Made by a program: the position numbers and the translations under genes. From Lama guanicoe (Eukaryota): a DNA stretch of 64,000 nucleotides. The notes under the pieces are model-generated. The model searched no databases. It saw only the letters and a program-made list of their open reading frames with translations, and was not told the DNA's origin. Where the stretch lies: contig MU053482.1 in assembly GCA_013239625.1 (NCBI GenBank), positions 4,177,922 through 4,241,921 of the forward strand, read 5' to 3'. Of this stretch, positions 39,501 through 51,600 are shown one piece after another (the first letter of the stretch is position 1; each line of letters starts with the position of its first letter).

Positions 39501-41601
39501 AAGCCCTGCCGAGGGGTGGACAGAAGCAGCTGGGACACAGCTCACGTGGCTTAGGACCCCCAGCCCACGGCCCAGGCTGCACTGTGCACTCCTTGGAAGT
39601 GGCAGCTCTGTTTCTGGTCCCTTTGCATGGACACATTTAGGAATATTTTCCCAGGAAAGCAGTAGAGCCTTCCTGTTTCTTACGAATTTTTTCAGTCACT
39701 TGTATGGCTCTCTTGCAGACAGAGCCACAAAGGGTATGAGGGTGGGTGGGGAGGGGGCCTCGCTCCTGCCCTGTAGCCAGTCCTAAAGCCACGGCTGTTT
39801 GGGTTTCAGCCCTCAGGGCAAGTTCAGAGCGGAAGCTTCGGGTATTTGGTGGTGAAAGCCAGAGCACCGGGCCAAGGAGGTGGGGGGGGGGAGTAGGACA
39901 GGCAGGCGGGTGTCGCAGGTAGCTGCCTGCCACGTGCACTGGGGCCCTGTGCCTGAGGTTCATCCGGGGGGCAGGCACAGCCGCTCCCGTCTCCTGGCCC
40001 TCCTCCCGGAGTGTCCTGGGCACCCTGCCTCCCCACTCCCTCTGGACAAAATCCACAGTCCAGCCCTTCAAGTCTCCGTTTCCTTTCTTGTGAAATGGGA
40101 ACAGACTGCCAGCCTGCTGGGCAGAGCCACTGTGAAGTCAGCTTTCAGAAGGATGAAGGCTAAGTATTAAATAATGGAGCGAGCGCTGCTGAATATCCCA
40201 GATAAGAATTCTTAAAGGATGTTTCCTTTTTTTCCACTCCTTTTATTTTTTTAACAGCTTTATTGAGGTGTAATTTACATACCATAAAATTCACCCATTT
40301 CAAATGTACAATTCAGTGATTTTTTTTTAGAAAAATTTTCTTCCATTCTTGAGATGCCTTGTTGCATGCTTTATTTGGGTTAAAAGAAAGCGGCTAATTG
40401 AATATCCAGAAACATATGCTGAATATCTAGAAATGCTTATTGTGGGAGTTCGGTATCACCTGCCTGCTGGCTTCCCACCGGTGGGAAGGGACCATTATTC
40501 CCACTAAAGAGCCTGATGCCCGGGTCTGGCCCAGGAAGCCCAAGCAGCGTGTGCAGAGCATCAAAGCCAGTCCACCCAAGCCATGCTGATGACGCAGGAT
40601 TCACACCAACACACAGCGGGGCGTTCACCCGAGAACAGCAGTGGCCAGCGCTGGCTGTCTTCAGTTTGCCATCCTCTGTGCACCCCTCACAGCCCGGGAT
40701 GTGTGTCCCCATACATCCTCCTCCAACTCCCAGCCCTCGGTCCGAAGCGGGGCCCCGGGCGTGTCCCAGCAGAGGGAGGCACCGAGTGCCTGTGGGAAGC
40801 AGCTGGGTCTGAGAGGCAGGAGGCCTCAGCCGACCTCACCTCTGATACCGGGCAAACTTCGAATCTTTGGGCCCCATTTCCCTTCCATGAGGTGGACCCA
40901 GTATTTGGATTCCCCTGGGGAGAAAAAGGAGGACTTGAGCACATCATTGCAATGCTCTTCTTATCTCTCGAAAAGCAAGACATTACGCCTCCACTTGTAC
41001 TTCCACTCCCAAGGGGGAATTTTCAGATTTTTAAAAAACATCCTCCGATGTGCTAAGAGCCCTAATAATAAAGAAGCGAAGGTCTGTCCTCCTGTCTGCC
41101 TCTAGAGGTGCGCTAGCACACGAGCGGAAGGGCTTTGGCCAGCAGCCCCCACAATTAGGCTTTCCCTTCCAGGAATCCTCAGAACTGCTAAGAGAAAGAA
41201 GTGGAACTGGCAGGAAAGGGCTTGGAGATAATCGGAGGAAAGGAACTCTGACGGCCTCAGGTAGGACGGTATTAAAATCCTCTGGGACGATGTCATCCAT
41301 CGAGGCGTAGGCAACTCTGGGGAGAGCTTCCACGGCAACTAACGGTGTTACAGGGAAGGAGGCAGCTTCCTCAGGATGCCTCCCTACTGGGCGGAGGGGA
41401 GGCCAGGGCCTGCACGGCAGAGGGCCCCCCTTCAGGGGCTCTGGAGTCAGCTCTGCCCTGACTGGCTGTGTGACCTTCATCAAGTCCTTCAACCTCTCTG
41501 AACCTCAGCCGGCTCATCTGTTTAATGGGGATAATAATACCTCTCACTCACTGTGAAGATTAAATGAGGTGGCGGTATCAGCAAAGTACTTAGCAAACCG
41601 G

Positions 41602-42171
41602 TGCATTAGTTTCCTGTTGCTGCTGTAACAAACTGCCACAATTGTAGTGACTTAAGACAATACAAATGTATTACTGCAGTTCTGTTCTACATTTGGAAAT
41701 CCCAGTCTGTCCCTTCCCAGGGGTCTGACAGGGTCTCTCTGAGATAAAACCAAGGTATTAGCAGGGCTGTGTTCCTGTCTGGATGTTCTAGAGGCGAGTT
41801 CTTGAATCCTTGAATCTTCCTTTCCAGCTTCTTGAGGCTCCCTGCCTTCCTTGGCTCATGGCCCTCTTACTTCACGGCCGATGCCAACAACAGTGGGTTG
41901 AGTCCTTCTCACATGGTGTCTCTCTGACCTCTTCTGATCTCCTCTGCCATTTCCAAGGGCCCCAGGATTACAACGGGCCCACAGGGATAACCAAGGACAC
42001 TCTCTATTTTAAAGAACTTTAAAGTTTTAAAGTTCTTTAAAGGCTGATTAACAGCCTCAATTCCATCTGCACCCTTAATTTTCCATTAATATGTCACATA
42101 ACATATTCACAGATTCCAGAGATTAGGATGTGCACATCTTGCCGGGGGTGGGGATTATTCTGCCTACCCCA
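41602..42171 (-). mobile_element. MaLR solo LTR, MLT1D-like, inserted in a MIR tail
   Basis: tgcattagtttcctgttgctgctgtaacaaactgccacaa ... gattattctgcctacccca; paralogous to the copy at 27650-28137. Confidence 0.85.
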
Positions 42172-42797
42172 GTAAGAGTTCAATGGTGGATTTTGCTACC
42201 TATAAAGAGGTGATTCTAATACTCTGCTCTCAGGGTTGTAGGAACCCTGAGAGGCAAAGGAACATCAGCTCACATTTGTTGAGAGCTGCCTGTGCGCCAG
42301 CACTGCCCTCAGCATGGCCACTCTCTTCCCTGAGGGGGCACTGGGACTGCACTGGGGATACACCCAGGAAATCAGGGCAAGGCTGCCAGCCAGGTTCTCC
42401 AACAGAGCAGATACAATGAGGGTAGCGGGTGGCAATGAGCTGTGGAGGGGCCTCACCCCTGACCTTGAAGCCACCTTGGCCCTGCCTCCCTCGTGCACGA
42501 GCTAATAAGTAACAAAGGAGCCCTGCCAGTGCAAGGCAGGTAAGTGGCCATCACCCTCCTGCCTCTCTGCTTCTTCCTCACCAGCTCTGATTGAACTGTC
42601 CCAGCCTCAGCTTCTCTGCTTTGAATTGGCGTTGGCATTTGGGTACCCAAAACTCAGGCCTTCAAAGCTCCCTAAAGCTGTAGTGCTATTGTTTTGGGGG
42701 TTTCCCATCTGAGATTCTGAGAAAAATGCACACTGGCACGTAATAAAACAATCTGCATCAGTTTCACGGGAGTCCTGAGAAGCAGTATGATATAAAG

Positions 42798-43015
42798 CAG
42801 GGATCGGCAAACGTTTTCTGTAAAGGACGGTAGTGAATATTTGAGGATTGTAGGTCACATGGTCTTGGTTACAATACTCAACTCTGCCACTGTCTCTCAA
42901 AAGCAGCCATAGATAATATGTAAGTGAGCACGTGTGGCTTTGTTCCAAGAAGACTATTCTCTAAGGCAGGAAGCAGGTCAGATTTGGCCCCCAGGCTGCA
43001 GTGTGCCGGCTCCCG
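42798..43015 (+). mobile_element. MER58A hAT-Charlie MITE
   Basis: cagggatcggcaaacgttttctgtaaagga..tagtgaatattt...actcaactctgccactgt...aaagcagccatagataatatgtaa...gatttggccc. Confidence 0.85.
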
Positions 43016-44509
43016 GTGGCACAGACTGTGGCTCCTGGCTGCCACGTCTACCGGATGGCCATGTCATAACCACTCTGTGCCTCAGTTTCCTCACTTGTAA
43101 GTAGGATAGCCATACCTACTTCACAGGGGAGTAGTGAGGAGTGGAGGAGGGAATCTGTGTCCAGCACTCAGAACAGTGCCTGTACCTTGTCAGCTCGGTT
43201 ACAGTGTTAGCTAGGATCCACCTGCTTGTCAAGCGTCTCTGCCCCAGGATTCCAACCCTGATCTGCCTCTCTGCCTTGTTCCGAGAGAGCCCTCTCTGGC
43301 TCCCCTGGTACTGGCCTCATGGGACACAACCCTGGCCCACCTAATTCAGTCCCAGCCAGGAAGGACAAAGGTAGTTATGATCCTGGATGTTCAAGTCACT
43401 GAGAACAGGACCGCGCAAACTGGGGGGTAGAGAATCAGGCCCTGAGCCTGGGGAGGAGCTGGCAAAGGTTAGGAAAGCCTCGGATCCAGGAAAGGCAGCA
43501 AGTGCTAGTAAGAAACTAAAGAACGAGTCGGCGGTCTAGGAAGAAGCCTATTCATTTCATTCTGGGCTGACATGGCAGGCAAGGAACAGGAATTCGTCGG
43601 ACTCTGAGCTCCCTCCAGATACCGCGTGACGGCCTCTTGCAGCCAAACAAATCCCACACCCGCTCCCTGGCCAGGCGGGGACTGCCATGGTCTCTCCCCC
43701 TGTACAGGGTGGGTTCTGGGCCCGGATGTGGCTGAGTTCATGGCTGAGATGGCCGGGCAGGTGGGGACAGCCAGAGCTCAGCCTGTGCGCACACACTCAA
43801 GGAAATGGAAATGGACTTGATTAGAAATTATGCAGGATGAAAGCTGCTATTAAAGGTCTAAGTTTTTATGTTCTGAGCCAACCACATAAAGAACATGTGA
43901 AAAACTCATTTTAGGGAGTGACAAATGTACGTACCTCAGGAACCAGGATTTATAGGTGCCATTATGTGCTACTTTAAAACAACCCTTTAAACCTAGAATT
44001 CTGCCTAGGAGATATAATGAACTCTGAAGCACATACCATCATTTTTTTTTTCTCTTGAGAGCTGACAGCCCGGAGCTGAGCACTCGGACTTCTAAATATA
44101 CACCTCACTGTTCACACATAAAACACAGTGTTTCCACACATCAATTTCTTAGAATGAACTAGCTGGTGACCCTGCGATGTCAGAGTGCCATGCTTCTCCT
44201 GGTGCAGATGCACAGATGGGAACAGCTGGGCTCGACAGGGAGAAAGAAACATGACCCTTTGCAGCAGGACAGCCTGCAACCCGGACCGACTTAGGACACC
44301 TACAGCAGCTGCAGCTCCCAGTGCTGGGACGGGCTACAGAGTCCTTGCTTTGGGAAACCTGTGGCCGGAGGTAAGCTGGGAAGAGCGTGTCCCTTTCCCC
44401 TGTAATATCACTCTCCCCATTCCTCTCCAGTCTCAGCCTCTCCTGGGAAGACTGTCGGTTTCCAGTGTCTTTCTTCTGATCTTAAAGGGGCAGCCACTTG
44501 CTGTCTTGC

Positions 44510-44690
44510 AATGATTCCCAAATGTTAGTGAGCATCAGACTCACCTAGAGGGCCTGTTTGGGCACATTTCATGCTGGGCCCCAACCCTAGAGTTTCTGAT
44601 TCAGCAGCAGATCTGGGGTGGGGCCTGAAAATGTGCATTTCTCACAAATTCCCAGGGGATGCTACAGGAGGAGCTTCACTCTGAGAATCA
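44510..44690. mobile_element. MER5A-like hAT-Charlie MITE
   Basis: gcatcagactcacctagagggcctgtt..gctgggccccaaccctagagtttctgattcagcag..tctggggtggggcctga..atgtgcatttctcacaaattcccagg. Related fragments occur near 4650, 13200, 16350 and 50050. Confidence 0.8.
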
Positions 44691-47600
44691 GACTATAGAG
44701 GTGGCCGGCATCACAGGCTTCTTGGTCCCAGCTCTGCAACTCATCCACTCTGAACGGGCAAGTCCCTCTCTCTCTTTAGGCCTGAGTTTTCTCCTGGGTA
44801 AACTTAAGGGGGTGAGACGAGATCATCTCTAAGAACCTCATGTCCCAGATGTGATTCTAAGGTGGATTAGATCACAGATTCTGGCTCACATAGGGACTGG
44901 TCGTTCCCACTCAGAAGCAGAATGTTCAATGGTACCCTTAGGCCTCTAGTTCAGATTTTTTATTTTATAAATAAAAAAGGGCCCAGAGAGGTTGAATGAC
45001 TTGCCCAAGGTCACACAGCTTGGTAGCTGCTGATTCTTGGACTGGGGAAATAGACAAAGCCCCTGAATGTCCTCTTTCTCTGCTCAGTGCATCCTCCATC
45101 ACTCACAAGGATTCCTGCTAAGTGGCTCTGGGGACAGACCAAGTATTTCCAGGACCTCTGAGGCAGCCAATCCCTGGAGACCGAGCCTTGGACAAACCAG
45201 GAAATCCTCCCTCAGATTCCCCTCACCAAAACTGGTTCTCGATCTGGATCTGCAGATGCACCTGCAGCCTGTATGTCAGGCTGGCGGGGGGAGGGGGTGG
45301 TCAGAGGGGCCCTGCAGGTGCGGAGGGAGAGGGTCTTAATCACCAGATCCCAGGACTATTAAACCAGGCTCCCAGAGGAGAGCGAAGTTCCTGTTTTGTC
45401 TCAGGGGCTGCTCACAGCATGTAGGAAGACCGTTAAAAATGTGTCGTTTCTAAGATGAGATAAGAACACTTGGAAAAACAAACCTACATGAAGAAATATT
45501 ATGGGGCTCCACTCTGGTTCAACAGCCACATCTGAATCTTTAAGTGCAATTTACAGCAGACAAGGATCCATGGGAGCCAGGGCCCCGGCGGGTTTCAGTC
45601 TGCTCACAGGCTCCCGGGTGCCTGTATCGCAGGGGTTCCCGGGGTGAGCACCAGCGCTCCCAGCAGCTGTGGGCCCCCTGGACATCTTTTCATCACTGCT
45701 CTCCATTGTAAATCTCCCAACCCCGGGCAGCCACACCTGTATTTCAGTGAAGAGAAGTGGATTTGTCCTTCGAAAAAAGCTAACCAACAGGCCCTTCTAA
45801 GCCCAGGCCCCTGCAGGACCAGGAAAGGCTTTGAATTTATGTCAAAGAAGCCATCAAAGGAGCTAGGCCATTTCAAACAAAATCCATTTCTCGAGCATGA
45901 CGGTAAAAATATTTATCACATGAAAGACGTGAAAATCTTTATGATGTCTCAACACCGTATTTCGGATGCAGCATGTGTCCGGCGAAATGTGTGCAAAAAA
46001 AACCCGTCATGCCTGTGATTTTGAAAGGGGGGAAAATTAGTCCTTTCCATCTGGCAAATTCTTAGTTCACCAACCCAGTCGTGCCGCGTGGGCACCTGGG
46101 GCAGAGGAAGGAGGTGGGCTCTGCGTTCAGCCAGACAAAACAAGCAAGGGCTTTGGACAAAGGAAGTCCATGCGTCTGGGACACGTTTAATCGGGGTCTC
46201 ACGCTTATCTGCCTCTGTCAGCCAGGGGCCTTGGAAAGCATCCACACTCACACCTCGTGCACAGGGTCAGACAAGGCCACTTCAGTGGGTCTCAGGATTA
46301 TCCACAGGGTCTGAACGTTCTTCAGGGGCCTCCATAATAGTGAGCATTTGCTGTACAAATGGATTTTCAAAGTGCATGATAAAGCCGATTCCAATGCCCA
46401 GAAAGGATCACGAGAGGGCAAGCTGGCCTTCCTGGGAGGCCTGAGATTCCCAGGCTCAGCTCTGAGGGTGAGAGCTCTGCTCAAAGACCCAAGAGCCCTG
46501 AGATTCTACCTCCATGCCATGCCTCAAGGTTGATGGGCAACCAGAGAGGAACCGGGATGCACAGCCTCTTATGGATTCATGAGCACGTCCTTCTCTTCAG
46601 GAAGGAGATGCACCCAGTTCTAATGCCCTTTCCTCTGGATGGGTGGCTTAAAAAGAAGCTCCCTAGTGGGACCCGGAACACTGAAAAACACATGGGCTTG
46701 CCCTAGCTTTTCTGGATACCCACAGAGAGATGAAAACTAAACTTCATGCATTTGGAGTTATAAATTAAAGTTAATTCACTTATTCAACCCATATGCATGG
46801 AGATGCAGCTGTGCAGAGGTAGCCTAACCTGGCAGTGAGGTGCAGGGTCTCTGAGACACACTGCCAGAGCTTGGAACTTGGCCTCACTTCTCACTAGCTG
46901 TGTGACCTGGTGCAAGTCACTTAACCTCTCTGTGCCTCGGTTTCCTAATGTGGAAAATCGGGGATAATCATAATACCTGCTTTCTTGTGGGGTTATTGTG
47001 GATTGCATAAATTAATATCAGAGCTTCTCGTGTTCTAAGCACTGTATAGTTGCTGGTGATGGCTGCTATAGTTGGGGACTGGGCTGGAAGCTGGGATAGA
47101 ATTATGAGTCAGCAATGGGTAGTTTATGAGGTGGCTGCTCATTGCTAGTACTCTGGAGTGAGGTGCCTTAGGATGCCCGAGGAAGGTCTGCCTCGGCTCC
47201 CTGCTCCTCACCCCATTCCTGCTAAGACCAGGTGAGGCAGGGAAGTTGGGGAAGCCACACACATGTCAGGGAAGCCAGTACCACAGTGTGAGGGCCTCTG
47301 TATCAGGATGGATCCTCTTGGCTGGGGAGTTGGGTGGGAAATGATGACTTTTCCAGCCAGGTTGGTCGGTCACACCATGCAGACCGGGGCTAGGACATGG
47401 AGATTCCTGCCCTGTGGAACTGTCACTTTTTGGGGAGACCCTGAGAATTCCTCCCAGTGTGGGTGCTGAGCTCCAGGCTGCCCTCTGCTCCCAAGGCTCA
47501 TGACCCAGTGGGATGGCATGTGAGCAATCATAAAAACTGAGGCAACCTGGAGCATGAGGCTGGGAGGTACAGCTCGGGTCCTGGGAGTGGCCTCCATGAA

Positions 47601-47989
47601 CCAGAGCAGCCTGGAGGTGACAAGCCTCCACACTGTTGGGGGCCATGGAGGGCACCCAAACCCCTCGCACACCGACACCACTCGCCTTGTACAAGACACC
47701 ACCGTTAGCATCCTGGACCATGGATGTGGTCAAGGGCAGCCCCATCTTAACCTCCTCGCCTCCCGCCGGGCTCCAGTAAGAGGAATGGAATTGTTGGACA
47801 ATGCGTGGGGGGCTGGGCTCTCTAGAGGGGAGGGGTTCACCCCACCCAGCAGTCCTGCCTTCTCGAGCCCTTGTCCCCCCGCACTCCTCATCAGTGCCCA
47901 GCCCAGTACAGCGGGTCACAGAGTTCCCAAACGCAGGCAGGAGGCAAAGTCAGAGCCCAAAGGAACTGCAGAACTGTCCATCCAGACCA

Positions 47990-48228
47990 GTGCTCTCTGC
48001 CTCTTTTGACTGTAACCCATAGTAAGAACTACATTTCACATTTTATCTTGTACATATATAAGGGAAACCACAATTTACAAAACAGTCTTTAGCTTTACTG
48101 TGTGTGACTAACTCTGGTACATTCTATTTATGCTACAAGTCTGTCAATAGTGAAGGCTGGTAGTGACCTAGGAAATTGATTCCATGATTCTTCTAATGCG
48201 TTGTGACCAGCATTTTGTAAAACAATGA
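47990..48228. mobile_element. hAT-Charlie MITE (MER113-like)
   Basis: gactgtaacccatagtaagaactacatttcacatt ... gctggtagtgacctaggaaattgattccatgatt..ctaatgcgttgtgacc. A related fragment lies at about 15380-15545. Confidence 0.5.
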
Positions 48229-48433
48229 TTTGGGTCAATGGATTGCAACCTTTTATAAATCAATGCCTCCTTTTTATAAACATTAAAAATCCTTCTTTTC
48301 CTATTCCTCGCAATTTGAAAAGAAATAAATTAACTATCACAACTGGAAACAAATAAGAACAATGGCCATTTTGGAATGTAAATATGCTTTTTCAAAGTAT
48401 GCATGCCCCCTCACCCTACTTTCCCAAGACTTT

Positions 48434-48610
48434 TTCTTTTCTTTTTACTTATATTAAAAAAAATTTTTTTTAACATTTAATTTTTTTCTTGTTTTCCTTT
48501 GGGGGGAGGCAATTAGGTTTGTTTGTTTGTTATTAATGGAGGTATTGGGGATGGAATCCAGGACCTTGTGCATGCTAACCATGCGCTCTACCACTGAGCT
48601 ACACCCTCCC
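48434..48610 (-). mobile_element. tRNA-derived camelid-type SINE (vic-1-like)
   Basis: The minus strand reads gggagggtgtagctcagtggtagagcgcatg..gcatgcacaaggtcctggattccatcccc (A/B boxes), followed by an A-rich tail. Perfect 12-bp TSD tcccaagacttt at 48422-48433 and 48612-48623. Confidence 0.9.
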
Positions 48611-51600
48611 ATCCCAAGACTTTGAATACGGACCCCTCCATAGGCGAGAAGACGTCCCCCATTTAAAATAGCCTAGCTAGGAGTAGTTTTCAAGAGCCCC
48701 CTTGGGGAAAGTGAACCCCGAACTTGGGGAAGGGGAGGTCTGAGGTCCCTCTTTCCCCCTTTACTACGCTGCTTTGAGTCTGTTTACATATTAGGAGTTT
48801 GCAGAGGAAACCCTTTAAAGAAAGAGTCATTGGCTAAAGAAAATGGTTTGAACCCCACAGGTTAGAGAATTCATCTGTCTCATTTCCCTGGGGAGAGAAA
48901 AAAGAGGCCAAGTCATTCATTCCATCAGAAAGATTCAGGCACTTGCTGAAGATGACACAGAGGGGCAAAGTGGCGGCAGAAGTGGGAAGGAGACAGCACA
49001 GGAGGTGAGACCTGGTCTACGGTCGCACCACCCTGCATGTGCCCGATCTCACCTGATCTTGGAGATGAGGATGAGACCTGGGCAGGGTATTCTTAGGTTC
49101 CAAAAAGAGGGCAGGGTATTCCTGTGTTTCAAACTGTTCCAAAAAGGCCCAGCAATAAAAAACATACACAGATTAATGAAGGGAATCCATCCCTTGGCTG
49201 AGTTAGATTTCTAGAAGACTCAGGGTAGAAAAGTATCTTATCTACTGGGAGTCAGAAGCCCTGCTTAATGGTTACATGAGACTCTGATTAATAGAAGATG
49301 GGAAATAAATTGATTGTTTCTGAACAGGGGCCATGTGTGTGGAGGACAGCATCTTCCTAACCAGGAGGAGGGAGACAGGCCTCCCTGGGTGTGCCCGTGC
49401 CCGTGCCCATGCAGGGAGGGTGGGTGGGAAGGGGAGGTGTGCTCTGCTGGCTCTTCCACTGACATGCAGAAGCTGGCGCCAAGTGTCAAGTTCATGGCTC
49501 CGCGGCACCCACGACACCAGGTGCCGCTGCCCAGGCTAAGTCATTCACCCTTTGATAATCAGAAGCCTCCCAGGACTGGCTGGTTCCAGCCGCAGCTGTC
49601 GCCCTCTGCCCCTTCAGAGAGGCTCTTCTGCCCCAGAGTGAGGAGGGGCAACACCAGAGAAGCTCTTCTCTGGGCTCCCAGCAAGATGCTCTGAACACAG
49701 CAGAGCCCGCCATGCCCATCCGAGGGCCAGCCAGAGGCAGTCAAAGGCAACCACTCGGTGTCCTGGAGTGAGCCCAGGTCTAGGCCATAAATGTCTCCCA
49801 GGGTTCAAGCCTGCCCAGAAAACACACCCACACAGACTCATGCACCGACAGAGCACAGACAGGCCCTGTCCCTGAGGCCACAGCCTACCCTGAGTTGCCA
49901 ATCCTGGCTGCACAACAACGCCAACGGGGAAACAAAACTACAAATGCCCAGACCTACCCTAGACTGACCGATGCAAAAGCTCTGCAGATGGAGTCCAGGC
50001 ATCGTTTTTGTTTTGTTTCATTTTTTAAAAAAATCTCTCCAGGTGATTCCAATATGCAGCCAAGATTTAGAACCATTGGGTTGGAGAATGGTTTCCAAAT
50101 TTCAATGTGTACATAAAAGTCCACCTGGAAAGTCTGGTGAAAATACATTCACCTCCAAGATGGTTTATCTGCTGAGATTCTGGAGCAGAAGGTCTGGGAC
50201 AGGGTAATTATTAAGAAGTCCTAAGAAATGAGCTCCTCCCTAACAGAACTTCCTGTCAATTCAAACCATCACACATCTCAAATAAGCAACCCTTAGTGTT
50301 TTATCTCCTGAACAAATACTATAAGCCTTTCATATACCATAAATGTTTTATTGGACAAATACTCTGCCTTCTCCCAGATGTAGCAATATGGTATCATTAC
50401 CCTCTTTCAAACAGCCTTTTGTAAGCTTAATAACTGGTGACAGCAAGGTCTATTTTCTCCACCTGAGCATCATGATGTCTCTGTTTCCCTACCTGAGCAT
50501 CAAAGGCCCCTCCTCCCCAAAGCAAATCGTGGAAGGCACTTGAATATACTCAGGTACAGGAAAGGAGGCAGCTCAAGGACCCAAGCCGCCACGGTCCCAG
50601 CCCCCTCTAGTGAGCGCAATCCTCCCCCACCCCACGCATTTCTCATAAACGGCCGAGTCTTATTTTAAGATTCGGAGTCTTTTCTCTCCACCACCAACTC
50701 CCCTTGGGTTTCTGATGCAGTGTTCCCTAGAACACAATTTGAGACACAGAGTGGCTGAGCCTGGGCTGCCGGGAGGTTGCTGGAGAGTAAAAGAGGCCAG
50801 GTTGGGGGTTGGAGGATCTCACGGGCCCTTCACTGAATCCCCACATCCCTGTGTTATCTGTTGGCAGGATTCTTGGGACCGGGAGCTTTTTCAAACAGTA
50901 CCCCTAGAAATCAAAGTGCCCCTCTTCACTTTGAGAATGCCTGGCTTCAGAGCAGCCACTGCTGAGGGGCTGCAGCAGATTCGGCAGGCACTGGTGATGG
51001 GGAAAGGCTGGGAACCACCGCAGAGGGAGACAGAGATGAGGCCGACAGCCTCCCGGCCTCCAGCGACCTCACACTCAGGGATAAGATGGTCAGGGATACA
51101 GGTGTACTGCCAGCATGCTGCTGTTCCACGTTGAGCTGGCTGGCTGGACACACAGACAGTCCCACAGACAGAGGGTCATTCAGGTGGCACGCCGCTGCAG
51201 CCAGGGTTTGGTACGGAGTGAATGCCGGGCACGGTGCTGCCCCTGGAGACGGGGCCAGCAGAATGCAGCACACTACGTCACTGTGATTAAGCCGGCTACG
51301 AGGAAATGATTTTTTTGGATCCCGGGAGCCAGGAAGGGCGGTCTGAGTTGCATAAACACAAAGGAGCCTGTCTGTTTTCTTGCCTTTGTGAAAGTCTCAG
51401 ATGGTGCAGTGCTAATGAAGGCCCCAAACACCATGGCCCCAGACTGTCCCCAGGAACTTCACAGAGGGAGTGCATGAAAGGCATCTGGACAGCTCTGCAA
51501 ACTTGCCCCTCATTATAAGCAGTTCCAACGCCTCATAGTACCACGTGGCCTCACTGTTCCCATCTGCAGCCTCCCCTTCCCAGCAGCCCAGTCTTTTCCT

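Noticed and set aside
41031..41492. 153-aa ORF containing a protein-like stretch (MDDIVPEDFNTVLPEAVRVPF)
   Set aside because: It begins inside a MIR, matches no family I recognise, and does not fit the GALNT18 sequence.
47266..47919. 217-aa minus-strand ORF
   Set aside because: No recognisable domain, composition typical of GC-rich noncoding DNA, and no supporting splice or Kozak context identified.
48540..48610. tRNA gene (A and B boxes present)
   Set aside because: It continues into a SINE body and A-tail with a TSD, and a paralogue lies near 60000, so it is a tRNA-derived SINE.
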